A stretch of 64,000 nt of DNA from Iphione sp. A-MEVVRFRX5. Taxonomy: Eukaryota. Under the pieces are notes generated by a model. The model worked only from the letters and a program-made list of their open reading frames with translations. It had not been told where the DNA came from and did no database searches. Shown piece by piece: positions 40,521-53,300 of the stretch (its first letter is position 1; every line of letters begins with the position of its first letter). The stretch is from assembly GCA_976226885.1 (NCBI GenBank), contig OZ320321.1, forward strand, positions 57,908,001 through 57,972,000, in the 5' to 3' direction. The position numbers were made by a program, and so were the translations under genes.

Positions 40521-40965
40521 CTGGCGGGGGTGGTGGTGGTGGTAGTTGATGTGGTTTTGTAGGTGGTGTCGATGGTGGTTGGTGGAAAGATGAAGATATT
40601 ATGGTGAAGGTTTGGTGAAATGTAGGTGACAAGTGGTGTTGGCTGTTGCTGCACAATTTCTCTTGTAGGTGGTGCTCACCAGTAGTGACTGGTTGTATAT
40701 TCTGATGTGTGATTGAAGTCCTGGTGTACGTGTTATAATCACGTGGTGCTTCGCTAGTGGAAACGAGGAGCGGGGGCAGAGATCAGGTGTTTAAAAGAAA
40801 AATGTACGTCTCAGTCCCACTGGAGTAGTCCTCTAGTACCTCTCACCTAGAGCCCCCGCCACCAACACGACGACCACGTGCTCCGGCGTCAGAAAGCCAG
40901 ACGTCCTGCGTCTGACAGGACGCTTAGTTCTGTCTCTTGCAGGTGGTGGCGTGCGTGTAGCTTAC

Positions 40966-41070
40966 CCTGGTGATTCACCCCGCGCGGAGGCACGACGGGT
41001 CGAGCTGAAGTGGGTAACACGTGAAGTCACAGAGATCGGCGCTGCTGGCCGGGGCGGCTGGCTGTAGTAC
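40966..41070 (-). other. Candidate non-coding first exon of a host gene, followed by a 212-nt intron (40965-40754)
   Basis: Donor CAGG|GTAAGC at 40965. Acceptor ...CCTGAT CTCTGCCCCCGCTCCTCGTTTCCACTAG| at 40754 has a branch-like CTGAT and a pyrimidine tract. The TSS is inferred from the TATA position only. Confidence 0.4.
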
Positions 41071-41094
41071 GGCAGCCTCCGAAGACCGAGCCAC

Positions 41095-41102
41095 TACTTA
41101 TA
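41095..41102 (-). promoter_or_regulatory. Candidate TATA box (TATAAGTA) of a minus-strand host gene
   Basis: It lies next to a long (CT)n tract and downstream of a GC-rich region with a GC box (CCGCCCCGCCC), an E2F-like TTTGCCGCGCGCGAAA and TAAT motifs (41290-41700). It is ~135 nt upstream of a strong donor CAGG|GTAAGC. Confidence 0.4.
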
Positions 41103-41117
41103 CAATAGAAGGAGAGG

Positions 41118-41121
<4 letters not shown>

Positions 41122-41186
<65 letters not shown>
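41122..41186. repeat. (GA)n microsatellite
   Basis: About 32 perfect units. Confidence 0.98.
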
Positions 41187-41188
<2 letters not shown>

Positions 41189-42565
41189 AGTGCTAGCAGT
41201 CGCAGGTGCCATTCAGAGGAGCTCCCTTCTTCTCCTCCTCCGGGCTGGTGGACGAAGGTAGGCTGCTTGGTGTTGGAAGGAGGCGGGCAAAAGGCGATCA
41301 ATTAGCAATCGGCGACCATTGAGCAGCCACTAAGCCGCCGCTCGGCCACGCCCGGTATGAATACCTAATGAGGCAGTCAAATGTTGGCGCCCCGTTTGCT
41401 GCCCTGTCCTTCCGCCCCGCCCGCCTAATTTTGCCGCGCGCGAAATTACCCCGCCGCTGCCCTGTCCTCCAGGGTGCCTGAAGGAGGGAATTCGCTGCCC
41501 GAGGTAATGTCCTGCCTGGAAGGGGTCTGAGACGCCGTGTACTGCATACCTCCAGGTCGGGGCAATCTGGCCCCTCCAGGGCGGTACAGGGGGCCATCTA
41601 AAAACCATCGAACCTCACTAAGGTGGGACAGCGGCGGCCGGTCATTGATGCCATTACACCAGAATGTGGCGCAAGCCATAAAAGTTGGACGATGAGCCAG
41701 GGCCGGGACTGAGGCGAGGGGAAGAAGGTATGCTGGGGCGAATGTAGACGGGGTGGCATGTGGCTGGAATCCGGAGTGGTGTTCCCCGGCATCAAATTGG
41801 CGAGAAATATGTTTAGCAGGGAGATTTTTTTAACCACCAAGGCGAGCCCTGCTGTATCACATGTACTGTTGGCACGTACAAGGCATATTTAACGCCAGCG
41901 GACAGCAGTAGATAAGGCAGGCACGTACTTGTAAGTGTGTGCGGCCAATGTTAATTAGAGCACCCCAAAAGGCACCCAACTCATAATAGGAGAGACGATA
42001 AAGTGTACACAAGGCGCAGTCTATTGATAACGATTACATATTAACTTTCATTCTGCTGTTTTACCCAAACCTTTTAACAACACGACGCAGGTTTAGTAAC
42101 TAGGAATGGTCAAGATAAAATCAGATGTGTAAAACTGGGAAGAGCCGACTTTTGTGGGTTTTTTTAAATATTTCTTCATCTTAATCTATACGGAAAGGTA
42201 GACATGCAATATTGCATATACATGTAGCTTAAAGTCATCTTACAATTTTGCTTATTACAAATAACTTCTATGAGAGATAATGATCTAATGTTTAGCAAAA
42301 CTGTCTCAGAGTAACACAAAAATTACAATTTGATTTGATACAAGACAATTTACACAAAACAGTTTATACAATACATTGAAATTACAATAGGATTTTATAC
42401 AATGGGACATGAGACTATGTATTCCAGTACAGGCTTTCATTGCACTTACGCTTGCTGATGGTAATTGTATCTCAAGTATTTGATTACTCTATCTATATGA
42501 AACGCTGCCTGAAAGTACTTCCAGACAGTATAATAGGGGAAATCTTACACGAGATTTGGTGAAAC

Positions 42566-42655
42566 TCTGTCTGTCTGTCTCACTCTTTCTCTGTCTCTCA
42601 CTCTCACTCTCACTCACTCTCACTCTCTCTCACTCACTCTCTCTCTTGCTCTCTT

Positions 42656-42703
<48 letters not shown>

Positions 42704-42705
42704 TG
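42566..42705. repeat. Imperfect (CT)n/(CTCA)n microsatellite
   Basis: Directly visible. Confidence 0.95.
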
Positions 42706-43559
42706 CTGTCTATGTTGTTGTACAATTCGAACCAGGACATCACGATGTATACATTTGCCCCCTTTCGGTTTAGTGCGCATGGCTACTTCCTAACGCCGAA
42801 GGCGCTTGTTTTACATTATCATGGTACAGGTTCATGGACTCAATATGGTCTACTTTAGAGGCTATACTGGAGCATTTTTTCTAGACAGACAGTTGAGGTA
42901 TACTGTATATTTGATGGTGACCACTCGGTTTTTACATATTAATGTACACGTACATCCAAACACTTATTTAAGACCACTCATGCGGTCTACTGCATATTAC
43001 ACTAAAAGAGAGGTGCTCAGTGTTGATGTGTAAAAGAAACTTTCCTTGCATCTTTTGGATTGTTCTTCATGGTAAATAGTACACGCCTAACCATATGTAC
43101 ATATGGACATTCAGCAGGAGCGCTCTGAGGCCCAGTTTCCATGTGGCCGATGGACTCCATAACCGGGGCAGTAAAGTGCAGGTGCATTTTGAGTTAGTTC
43201 TTTTCTCTCAGGCTTGCTTTCCTTACATTCCTTGCATTGCTCTTCTCTTATGTTACCTTGCATTACCTTGCATTATTTTGTATTTTGATTGAACCAGTGA
43301 TATATCTATTGGGGGCCTGTCTTCTATATGCATCTGTGTATCTGTGCATTGAGGTGCATTAGGCACCCATTCTTTATTACACATTTACTCACTTTCCCTC
43401 AGTTCTCTATACTGTTCTCTGCACATTTCCTCATATATCCATATAAATTCACCATTTTTAGCAATTTTTCCCGTCAAATTTGCCATTTATAGTCCTTTTC
43501 CCAGGCAAATTTGCTGTTTGGGCCACTGCTCCCATCAGTTTTTTTATATTTTTATGCAG

Positions 43560-43643
43560 CTCCTACACAGCTTTCGTACAACCTCAACACAAGCTCACAA
43601 GATAGGCCTGTGGATGAGCTTGCGTGTGAGGTTCTTGTAAAAG
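43560..43643 (+). other. Orphan 84-nt exon-like segment (phase 1-1: PTQLSYNLNTSSQDRPVDELACEVLVK)
   Basis: Strong acceptor TTTTTTTATATTTTTATGCAG| and donor AAG|GTAAGA; length is a multiple of 3 and the frame is open. No partner exons were identified. Confidence 0.3.
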
Positions 43644-44762
43644 GTAAGAAAGACTGTGAACATATGTTAGATAATGTAAAAATACTTAAAAGCGGCTAAC
43701 TTGATGCAAAGATGTTCTGAAAGTCACACATTTGATGTAAAAATGTGGTGCAAATATGTAGAAATGTGCAGGTTTGTGCAGTAATCATGTATTTTTCCAT
43801 ATCTTACGTATGTTAGAGACATTTTCTTGCCTTCTTCAAAGACCATCTGCCATATGCTACTCATGCATTGATGTGCACTGCGTGGAATTTATCAATGTCT
43901 AAAAACAAGTAATGCATGCCAATGCATGTTAACACACTCCTGCCAATGCACATATGGAACAATGATTTCAACCTATTTTATCAAAATGCCTGCCAGTGCA
44001 CCAGAGGCCAACGCATAAACTCGGGACTAAAACAGCCGATGTGCATTCAAAACTGAATTGTCCATTGTACAGAGGTGACCGTTGATTAGAGTATGAAAAA
44101 CGCACAATTTAATTAAACGTACATATTTATTGGATGTATTTCCTCCCTGCTCAAGGCTTAGAGTTCCATACTTTAAAATTCAGGGAAGGAATGACATCTC
44201 TGCTGTATATTTTTTACAAATTATCAAAATGTAACTCACAGCCTTTCATAGGCTGATTATTTAAAAGACATCTACCATGTGGAAAATATCTGAAAAGACA
44301 TGGGGAAATGCATTTATCTTACGTTATCTGCTTAGAAAAGTTCTTACATCCATTGATATCAACCAACCTCTAACTAGTTTGAAAAGGTCCACAAACATAA
44401 ATATCTGTGCCACGATACATTGTATGTTGCCTTCACATACCGACATTGGTGCTTAACCTGACGAGTTAATGACGTCAGTACAACGGTTGTTGTCGTGGCT
44501 GTGGTCCTAGAAAGACGTGCGTTTTTCTCTATTTAGTATGATTGGTAATGTACTGCCCAAGCTCCACATAGAAGGTCGTTAGCTACCATCATAGAATGCT
44601 CAGCTGACAGAGTATTTCCTGCTGTAGAATTATATAGAAAAATGGGGTTCTCTTTGTATTTTACAAAAAGTGGCCATATAGTACTGGCAGATGGGTTTTT
44701 ATCTGTGATACGCATTGCCACATTTACAGACTTCAGGTTGCCGGCATCTAAGTAGAACTCAG

Positions 44763-44820
44763 CTACTGTGTAGGGGGTCCTCCGAAATCCACTACTGTAT
44801 AGGGGGTCATCCGAAATCCC
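44763..44820. repeat. 29-bp tandem duplication
   Basis: CTACTGT(G/A)TAGGGGGTC(C/A)TCCGAAATCC(A/C) x2. Confidence 0.9.
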
Positions 44821-45331
44821 TTTGTTATGGACCTGCAACATTCATGGGGCAGAGGCTGCTGCCTACTAAAGGCACCCATTAACCGAGCTTTGCCTGTCCA
44901 TGTGTTCTATTCTTGTCCAGTTTTATTCAGTTATACTACATAGGAGAGCGATATTCCACTTATACTGCACATATTACCTATACTTTTGATGTCATCAAAG
45001 ATAGGAATAAAAAGAGGTTTCGTTCCTAGTATGGAAGTGAAGAAAGAAATATTTATTTATATATCCCACAAGTATACTAATTATCGCCACATAAGATTCT
45101 ACAAAATTTGAAATTCTGTCTACACTTCCGGTCAGTGGCAGTGTTCTCTTACAAAACGTGCAAGTATTCCTTTTTCACTTGAAATGACAAACAAATTTAA
45201 TATTTCATACTTCTTGGATTATGTTTTGTCCTTTTTCATTTAATCATACTATGTATATGTTATATCCCAATGAATACTGAATTTGCTAGTAAAGCAGCCT
45301 TTTAATCTGACATTGTACATGCAGAACAGTA

Positions 45332-47344
45332 TAGTTGAGCACCTCCAAAGAGATGTGCCTGGGATCGGGACATGCCTCTAAATTGGACAGTTCAGGGCAG
45401 AATGGAAATATTTCCTATATTTCCTATATAATCATGTTTAGGGGAATGTGTTTTATAGAGACATTCTGTAGGGGTGAGCACCTTCAAAGAGACAGTTCAG
45501 AGGTGTGGGAAAGGCGTGAGTACTTTAATCGAGCATTACAGGGTGGCCGAAGGGGTGAGTAGTGCAAGGAGAACAGCTCACAGGGGTTGGAGAGAGGCAC
45601 TACCACTTCTGCCTAGCACCGTCAGTAGTATATAAGTTGAAGTCCGGAACCGGAAGTCAACCGGAAGTCAAACACAAGATTTCGGAATCTCTCTTTAGTT
45701 CATAGTAATTCTGAACGGTACAAATTCAACATATACATACTTCTATCATCAGGCAGCTGGGGTGCAATCATTTCAACTGAGCTCCTTCTGAGGGCCGGAA
45801 TCATCTTAAAGGTGTGGGAGAGAGGCATGATCACTTCAATCGAGCGCTGCCTTCAAAGGGACAGCTCAGAGGTGTGGGAGACAGGAAACCTTATAAAAGC
45901 AGAGTAGAATCAGAGCAGGTCATTCAATCACCAGAGGCCAACTGCTGCTACACCTACTTGCTGTCCCTGCTGTTCCTGCTGCTTTATCATGGTATGACTG
46001 ACTTCAAAGTCTCCTCAGAATGGCTCAAAGTCTCCTCAGAATGGCTCAAGCACTTCATGAAACGGCACAGCATTGCAGGCTTTAAGGTCTGTGGGGAGGA
46101 GGCTTCTGTGTCTGAGGTTGCAGCAGAGAAGTGCTGACAAGGCAGCCCTTCAGTGTGGAGGGATATTCAGCAAGGGTCGTGTACAATGTGGATAAGATTG
46201 CGTTATTTTGGAAAGGGGTACATGAGAGGACCTTGTCAGTCAGACGGTCTGACAGCAGTGATGGTAAGGGAAATCAAGGATAAGATCACCTGCATGTTCT
46301 ATATTAACATGGCAGGTGATTTTGAGAGAACACTGGCAATAGAAAAGGCTGCACATTCCGGCTGCTTCAGGAATGTGGAGCTGAAGTCGTGGTCTGTCTC
46401 CTAGGAACACAGCAAAAAGGCATGGACGATCACTTCTGTCTTTGAAGAGCATGTAACCATAGGGATACAACATGTATGCCAGGGTGTATCCCTGGAGATA
46501 CATAGCACATTTTCCTCATGTATGAGTAATCACTGACCAAATTTTATTTAAATTCCTAGGTTTGGGGGGAGAGGGATAAGAATGTATGAAAGTCAATATT
46601 TATTTATGATTAGTAATAATTTAACTACTATGCTTTACCCGGGTGGACAGTACTATCGAGTTTACCAGAAGGAGGGCTACCCAGGGAAGGAGAGTGCTAC
46701 TCTAAACAGATAATGCCCCCTCTCATCTTCATGGGATTAATTTATCCCATGTGAAGGTGGTCTGCCTAACATCCAATGCCATCTCAGTCCTCCAGCCCCT
46801 GGATCAGGGTAAAATCCAGACTGTAAAGTTGCAGTACAAGAAGAGACTCCTCCAGTAAATCATCAATCACACAGAAAGAACTGATTCCAATTCAGCCTTG
46901 GCCAAATTTGACCTTGGCCTTGCTGTACACTGGATTAAAGAAACTGTTAAGGCAGTGGACAGATCAACTGTAGAGAGGTGCTTTGAAAGATCAAGCAAAA
47001 GGAACATTCCATGAATGTGACGACTAAAAGAACCAGACAAACCACCATTGACAGCTTTTGCAACAGAGGAAACGAGTATCATTAACTACTTTATGCTAAA
47101 ATTATCGTTTATAGTTACAATACATTGTCTTTGTATTGCTATTTGCATTACATGTGCATAGTATCAATTTTATTTATTTCCCAACCTATGTACTTCCTTC
47201 TTTTTTTCCCGAATAACTGCACGACTTCTACTGGATCACTTGTACAGACTGGCCTTAGGCCACAACGTGTCGAGTAGGGATACGCATCCAATCCGGACAG
47301 CTGTACTCAGAACGGAGGGTGTCCTGTTTCAAGGCGCCCCGCTG
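45332..47344 (+). mobile_element. Decayed pogo/Tigger-type (Tc1/mariner superfamily) DNA transposon
   Basis: Broken transposase: FKVSSEWLKHFMKRHSI..KVCGEEASV, KDKITCMFYINMAG, CFRNV, KKAWTITSVFEEH (46000-46455), then QGRRVLL*TDNAPSH, VLQPLDQGKIQTVKLQYKKRLL, ERCFERS (46665-47000). Degenerate TIRs (TAGTTGAGCACCTCCAAAGAG vs reverse complement CAGCGGGGCGCCTTGAAACAGGAC) are each flanked by TA. Confidence 0.8.
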
Positions 47345-50076
47345 TATAGGTCTCCCCCTTTCAGTATGTCACGGGTTGTATAGTCCATTCAGTCAAGGCT
47401 TGAATCTGAAACTGCAAACTTGGAGTAATTGACCATGCACAAGAAGGTTCGCGTGCAGAGCCATTTAACATAGCTTTGCCATATTTAATGTCTTTATTTA
47501 ACCTAAAGTTGACAAACATAAATATTTACATCCAGGATTTGGCAAGTTTATCTGCCTTTATATTGATCTGATGGTATATGAAGTATAATGGTTATATATA
47601 CGACGAGATGATAGATACACTTGCTTCTTTTTAACAATGTGATCCAGGGACAAATCAAAGAAAATACAATACCTAATGTACCATTTCTAGTATGCCAACC
47701 AGACGACGCTTATCTGGAGTAGTAATCCATTTCCTTCTTATGTCAATTAAAGTAGGCATTGATTAGAATATAATTTCTGAGAGGTTATCCTACCCTGTCT
47801 ATTGTGATATAGTATTAGCTCTGCATTCAAGAGCAATTGAGATGAGATCTGAACATGACACTAGATAGACAACGCTTACCCGATGTCTTGGTCTATCTCT
47901 TTACAGAATGTCGTGATAAACCAACAATCAATAATAACATAATTATTGCGTTCCACATACAAATTAATTGTATATAAAAGAGAGTGATGCTAAGAAAAAT
48001 ACACATTATGAGCCAGCCTGTCCTTTAGCACTTTAGACATTTCTAAAGCTGTGTTTCTTGAGGGACACCATTCCCTTGGCGATCCCATATATACTATCCA
48101 CATGTTCCAGCGAGTTCTCGAAACCCTCACGACGAGCCCGTTCCTTTGGAAAATGTACTACAGCTTCGCTCCTCATCCTTCCTTCTAATACGCAGGTCCC
48201 TTTCCCTTCTTAAGTTATATATTGTACATATGGAGTAATATTGCCTGGTCCCTTCTTGTAACAAATTTCTGACACCCTCCTATGGTTAGACTACTTTCAG
48301 TACTATGAACTCCTCCCACCAGTATCCTTATCACTGTAGGATTGAAAGCCGCGTCAGGTGATAATTTTAAGTAATAGCTTACAGACTATATGGGGAAAAT
48401 ATAAAAATTAAAATTAATACCGTAAAGCCCACTTTGTTTTAAAGCCGTACTTTGTTTATAATCTCAATTAATAACACGTTGCAAATATGGTTTTCAGGCA
48501 TGTTTGTCCAGTGAACGTAACACTGTAGATTTAACGAATGACAAATATACATTTAGAAGGATTTCTGTTTGTTTAAAAACAATTTTTAAATTGATTTATT
48601 ACTAATTATGTTCAGCTGAATAAAAGGAAATAGGCTAAGGAAAGATATTGAATAGCTTAACAGTTATTTAGAACACCGTAAGTTCGCATAATTTCCATAA
48701 TCCAAAAGATATGTCGAGGTATTCAAGAAAACTTGTGGAAGTCAGAAGTTGAGATTTTGGAAACATATACATGTAAATATCTGGATCGTAGGGTGGGACG
48801 TGGCTATTCCTTTTTCCCCACTAAGTGCAACCAGGTTCTGTGAAGCCTTCCTTCTTCCAAGCTCTATATGTATATGTTGTCATGAGGTTGCTAGGTGACC
48901 AGTTGTCAGCAGTGAATCTTTCTTGCTATCTCATTAGTCCATATACATTAATATATAAATATTTATATATGTAAAGCTGGATCACAGAGGGTTCTCCCGG
49001 TTTCGAAATCCATCTCTTCAGGCACATTTGATATTTATACTCTGTATAAATATATACAATATATATAGATAGGTTGCATTACCCTCTGATAGAAAAAAAA
49101 TGTAAATATATGGATGTACCTTTGCTAACAAGGTTTCAATAGAAGAAATTGCATGGAAGACTTTATAAATCTATTTTGCTTCGTGTTGTATAACGTGTGT
49201 TAGTACTATACGTTCGAGTTTTAGGAAATCTTATGATTTCGTAAAGAAACAGTTAACATAACATGCGAATCTAAATAAGTAGGTGATGAGATGACCCCCG
49301 TAGATTGTGTAGCAATACGGATAGACAGATGCTCAAAATTCATTATAGGCGATTAGTTTACATCCGATCTCCAAGTGAGACTTAATCGTTCGAGCCAGAT
49401 CCCAGCAAGTTCGGGTATGGAGTAGTAGACTACCATCTGTACGTCGGGTACGGCGAAGGGTTGAATTTAACGCTGGACACGTGGCTAATAGCTAACGTAA
49501 TTCGTCAACCTTATCTCTGTCACGTACCCTTGCGGAGTTGAATGCATGTACATAGCATTGTTAAGTACTACTACTACAAGAGCAATTTGGCACGATATAC
49601 CCTTGACACTTAGCTAAATTGTCTCCACTCAGAGGGTGTCTGACTCTGAAGTGGAGTGTATTTTATGAGCACACGTGCACTCCCCGCTAAAATGTTACTG
49701 AGATTGGTGCTTCACATAATACTGACGTTTTTATGTTTAAAGAGTCTGTTATCATCTACGCGAGGTAACTTTCCTGCACAACACCTTACTGTGATGACAG
49801 TAATAATATGAGTTTGGAATATGATAGATTTTAGCAAGATAATTCATTTCCTTATGAGCAGTAAACCTTTGTGTGGTATAGATTTAAAACTGAATTTGTG
49901 GCATATTCTAAATACAGAACTAAATTTCTCAGCTCAATACATGTACAGAATTAAATTAGGCCTACTAAATGTGTGTACCGTTGTATCTGTATACACACAT
50001 ATTGCGAGGAGAAAATATATCACCGTTTCATCCTCCAGTGTATAATAAGTGTACTTTTCAGAGAGCGCCCTCGCTG

Positions 50077-50317
50077 CTGCCACCTAGCGGCTATCGACTA
50101 TGCATCGATACTTCACTCCTTGAGAGTTATCACCTTCCATTTTAATTAACGTATGTGAAATGACGTCTCTGCTGAATGTGTCGCAAAGAATATCAGATTG
50201 GAGAACCGTGCATAATAATTGACCACTGGGTTTAATAAAGATATTCAGGATGTTGAGATCACGCCATCTAGTAGATAGTTCACGTTCTGTGCTTCCGATG
50301 TCTCCCACTAGGTGGGG
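50077..50317. promoter_or_regulatory. Cluster of three CTCF-like motifs
   Basis: CTGCCACCTAGCGG (50077), ACGCCATCTAGTAG (50261) and, in the opposite orientation, CCCACTAGGTGGGG (50304), compared with the core consensus CCACYAGRKGGCRS. Confidence 0.4.
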
Positions 50318-53300
50318 TATGTGAATGCATCTTGCCTTCCTTCGGAGACAGTCGATCAAAGCACTCGGGGTAAAACCACAATTGTCTGATCAATTGATAC
50401 TAACAAACTGGCATAAATACGTTCAAAATCATGTCACGTATTTCAATTGCAAACCTGGTTAAACATTCTCCATTGTCTTTGTTGTTTTTCCGTTCTCACA
50501 TATTTGCAGAGGTTTCCACTGAACGTCAAAAGTACATGTACATAGGCCTACATACATATATACATTGAATTTTCGTTGTACTGTAGTGTTTTCTAGATTG
50601 TGAAACATTGAAATAAATAACTGTCGGTAACGTAATTGTATTTACTCATAACCTTTTGTCATACCTACTATGATTTATATAAGTGCTAAGGTTAAGTTAT
50701 ACGTGTACATATACATATAGACTGAGACTGAAAGATTTTTTCCCGATAACTGTTCACTAGAAGCGTTTGGTACTGACTGTTTGTACATAGTCACTGGAAA
50801 ACAACGACCTTGATGTGAATAAACTTGTCTTACAATTTCAAGCTGGACATCTGAAACGAGTAAAATTATTCTTGTCCAGAAATCAAATATATATCCTCCT
50901 CCTCCTCCTCTTCTTCTTCCTTAATCTCCTTCGCCTCCCTGAATTAGCGTGTGCCAAGGTCATAACTGGGAAAAGATAAATCTCTTTCCGTTTATATGGA
51001 TCGCTTCCTTTTCTTCACCTCCAAGAAAGGAACGACCGCAAGACATTGTGGCCGCTTTGAGCGACGTCCTCGGACAGACACCAGTACTCGACCGAGAGCA
51101 CTAAAAGAAAGGCCTCTTGTCATTTGCGGTAGGCTCGGGGAAGTCCGAAATACTTTCGAGATGGCAACCACGTTCGGAGCAGGCAGCCTGGGTGTAACGT
51201 GACAAGAAAAGACCGTCCTGAATCCGGACCAGAAAGAATTTACGCTCGCGACTAACGAGCGCTTGATGCCTCATTTAGTGGTTTGATGTCGGTAAGATCA
51301 ATGAACAATACCAAGGTCGTAAGGGGTAAGAGTGGAGATTTAAGGTGGAGGGGGGCGGAGGAGGGGAGAGTTAAATCTGTACCTGATCGGTCCAGGGAAG
51401 AGTAGCCACAGGTATTTGACCATCGACAACAACCAATGGCAACTCACCAGTGTTTAGTACATCGCGGTGAATCTTATTACATTGGACCCACAGCTTGACC
51501 TTGTACAATAGATCAAGGAGGCCCTTCGACAGGAATCCAATTAGCCTATAAAGGGCAGGTGGATATAAAGATGTTCCTGTGTCATCGCTTTGGGCCGACC
51601 CCTCTTTTCATCCCACGACAGTTCCCTTGCCAGGTTGGCCTCTTTGCTTTTACCCTCTGCGACGCCTGTATGATGCCTGGGCGCCACTAAGCGCCAGACA
51701 ACCCACTATTAAAGCGAATACCAACGATCCTCGGAGGAGTGTCTGTCGCCAGGGCCGACGGTCATCAAGTGAAATGACTGTAAAGTTGTGTAACGGAGTC
51801 GCGATAGGCCAGACAGTGGTTATGTTCAATTAGTTATTTGTCTGATACCAACAGAAGCCCACTCATCCAGCTATTGCTGCTAAATACTTTAGATGTAAGA
51901 TGCAAGCGATTAACCTGATATATAAGGGACTGTGTGATATATAAGGGACCGTATATATCAGCACTTTGTTTTGCTTGGTGGCGCTGTAGCAGAAATATAT
52001 CTCTGAAGGTAACACTACAATTAAGTAGTGGTTATTTTCTTCGATAAAAGTTTCCTCAAATGCAGGATTGTTATTAATTTGTTGTTTTACCTGGTCAAGT
52101 AGATCAGTATCTCCAACAGGTATATCTAGTAGGTGCATTCAGTAATGCCGGTTACACGTCCGTAGGAGACCGAGGCTTGGAAAGGTTGAGAAATTAATGT
52201 TTTATCATTCATAACAGTGTCCAATTGTGTTTAAAATCTTCAGGTTCAAAAACCATATGTTGGCCACCGTAAACAACCATGCTATAGCTATAAGTACGAG
52301 TCTGTTCAATCTTCACTTCATTCTTGACGAGATATATTTCACAAGGAATGTCGAGAAGGCAGGTTACACAGTCATCACAGGAGAACAATATACGACTGGG
52401 CGAGAAAGATTAGTTATCTAATAACCCGTCACTGTGGATACCTTTAATGGTCAGTATTCGAGTCAGATTTTGATGAAAAATTGAAAATCGTGCGAAGCAC
52501 ACTGGTTTTTATCAAAATCTGATTACTAAAAATGAATTCGAGTCCAGGTATGTTGTGTTAACATAAACTGGATGTATTAAGCTACTTTCAGGTTTTCTCT
52601 AGAGACTCTCTCAAAGAGAGACGTGTTCAGATTTCTTTTAAAAACAGGTCTACTTTTATCTAGTATTATGTTAGGTTCTGGATAGATCTTCCAGCTGCCA
52701 TGCCCATGTCAATGGCGCGCTATCAACAAAGAAGCCCACATGCCAGATTACAGGGTTTTATTTAAACACGAAGCACAGATCCATTGGCTTCTTTAATACA
52801 CAAGGCTAGGCTATGTACATTAGCTGAAGACTGCTAATCGGTTTGTCTAATACGTTACACTTGCGAATGCCACTGTGAGATTATTCCGGGTAGATAGACG
52901 CTGCCAAGCTATTCACAGCACACATCTTCCAGGTTAAAAGCAGCCGGTTTGTTAAATGCGACAATGATGCACGTGATAACAGTGATCTAGTTCATAATGT
53001 ATTTGCTATACATTGTATACTGCAGAATGAAATCCATATTAAAAAACTGTCTTGATAGGAAAGACACAAAGGCCTACACCATACCGGAGAAATAAATAAA
53101 TAACAGTGAGATTGTCCTTAGTGTGCAAAAACAGAAGTAAGCATGTCTTAATCTTATTCTGAAGAGTTGGTGTGTACATGTACATATACAGGAGAATCTT
53201 ACTTTCCGACCACCACTTGGGTCGGCCAAAAATGGTCGTAATTCTGAATATGGTCGCAAAGCAATAATTTGAGGTGAGAGAACATCAGAGGGGTCGCAGT

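Noticed and set aside
41021-41305. ORFs encoding RERERE/SLSLSL runs (also 42556-42858 and 25071-25402)
   Set aside because: They are translations of microsatellites.
42726-42800. tRNA/SINE-like B box (GGTTCGAAT on minus strand); similar at ~1019 and ~16112
   Set aside because: No proper A box or cloverleaf could be built.
44533-44841. 102-aa minus-strand ORF (AEFYLDAGNLKSV...)
   Set aside because: It spans a 29-bp duplication (not a multiple of 3), lacks good splice flanks and has no recognisable family.
7286-50680. Scattered TGATTTAT (Hox-Pbx-like) motifs
   Set aside because: About 6-7 were seen against roughly 4-5 expected from base composition, which is not a meaningful enrichment.
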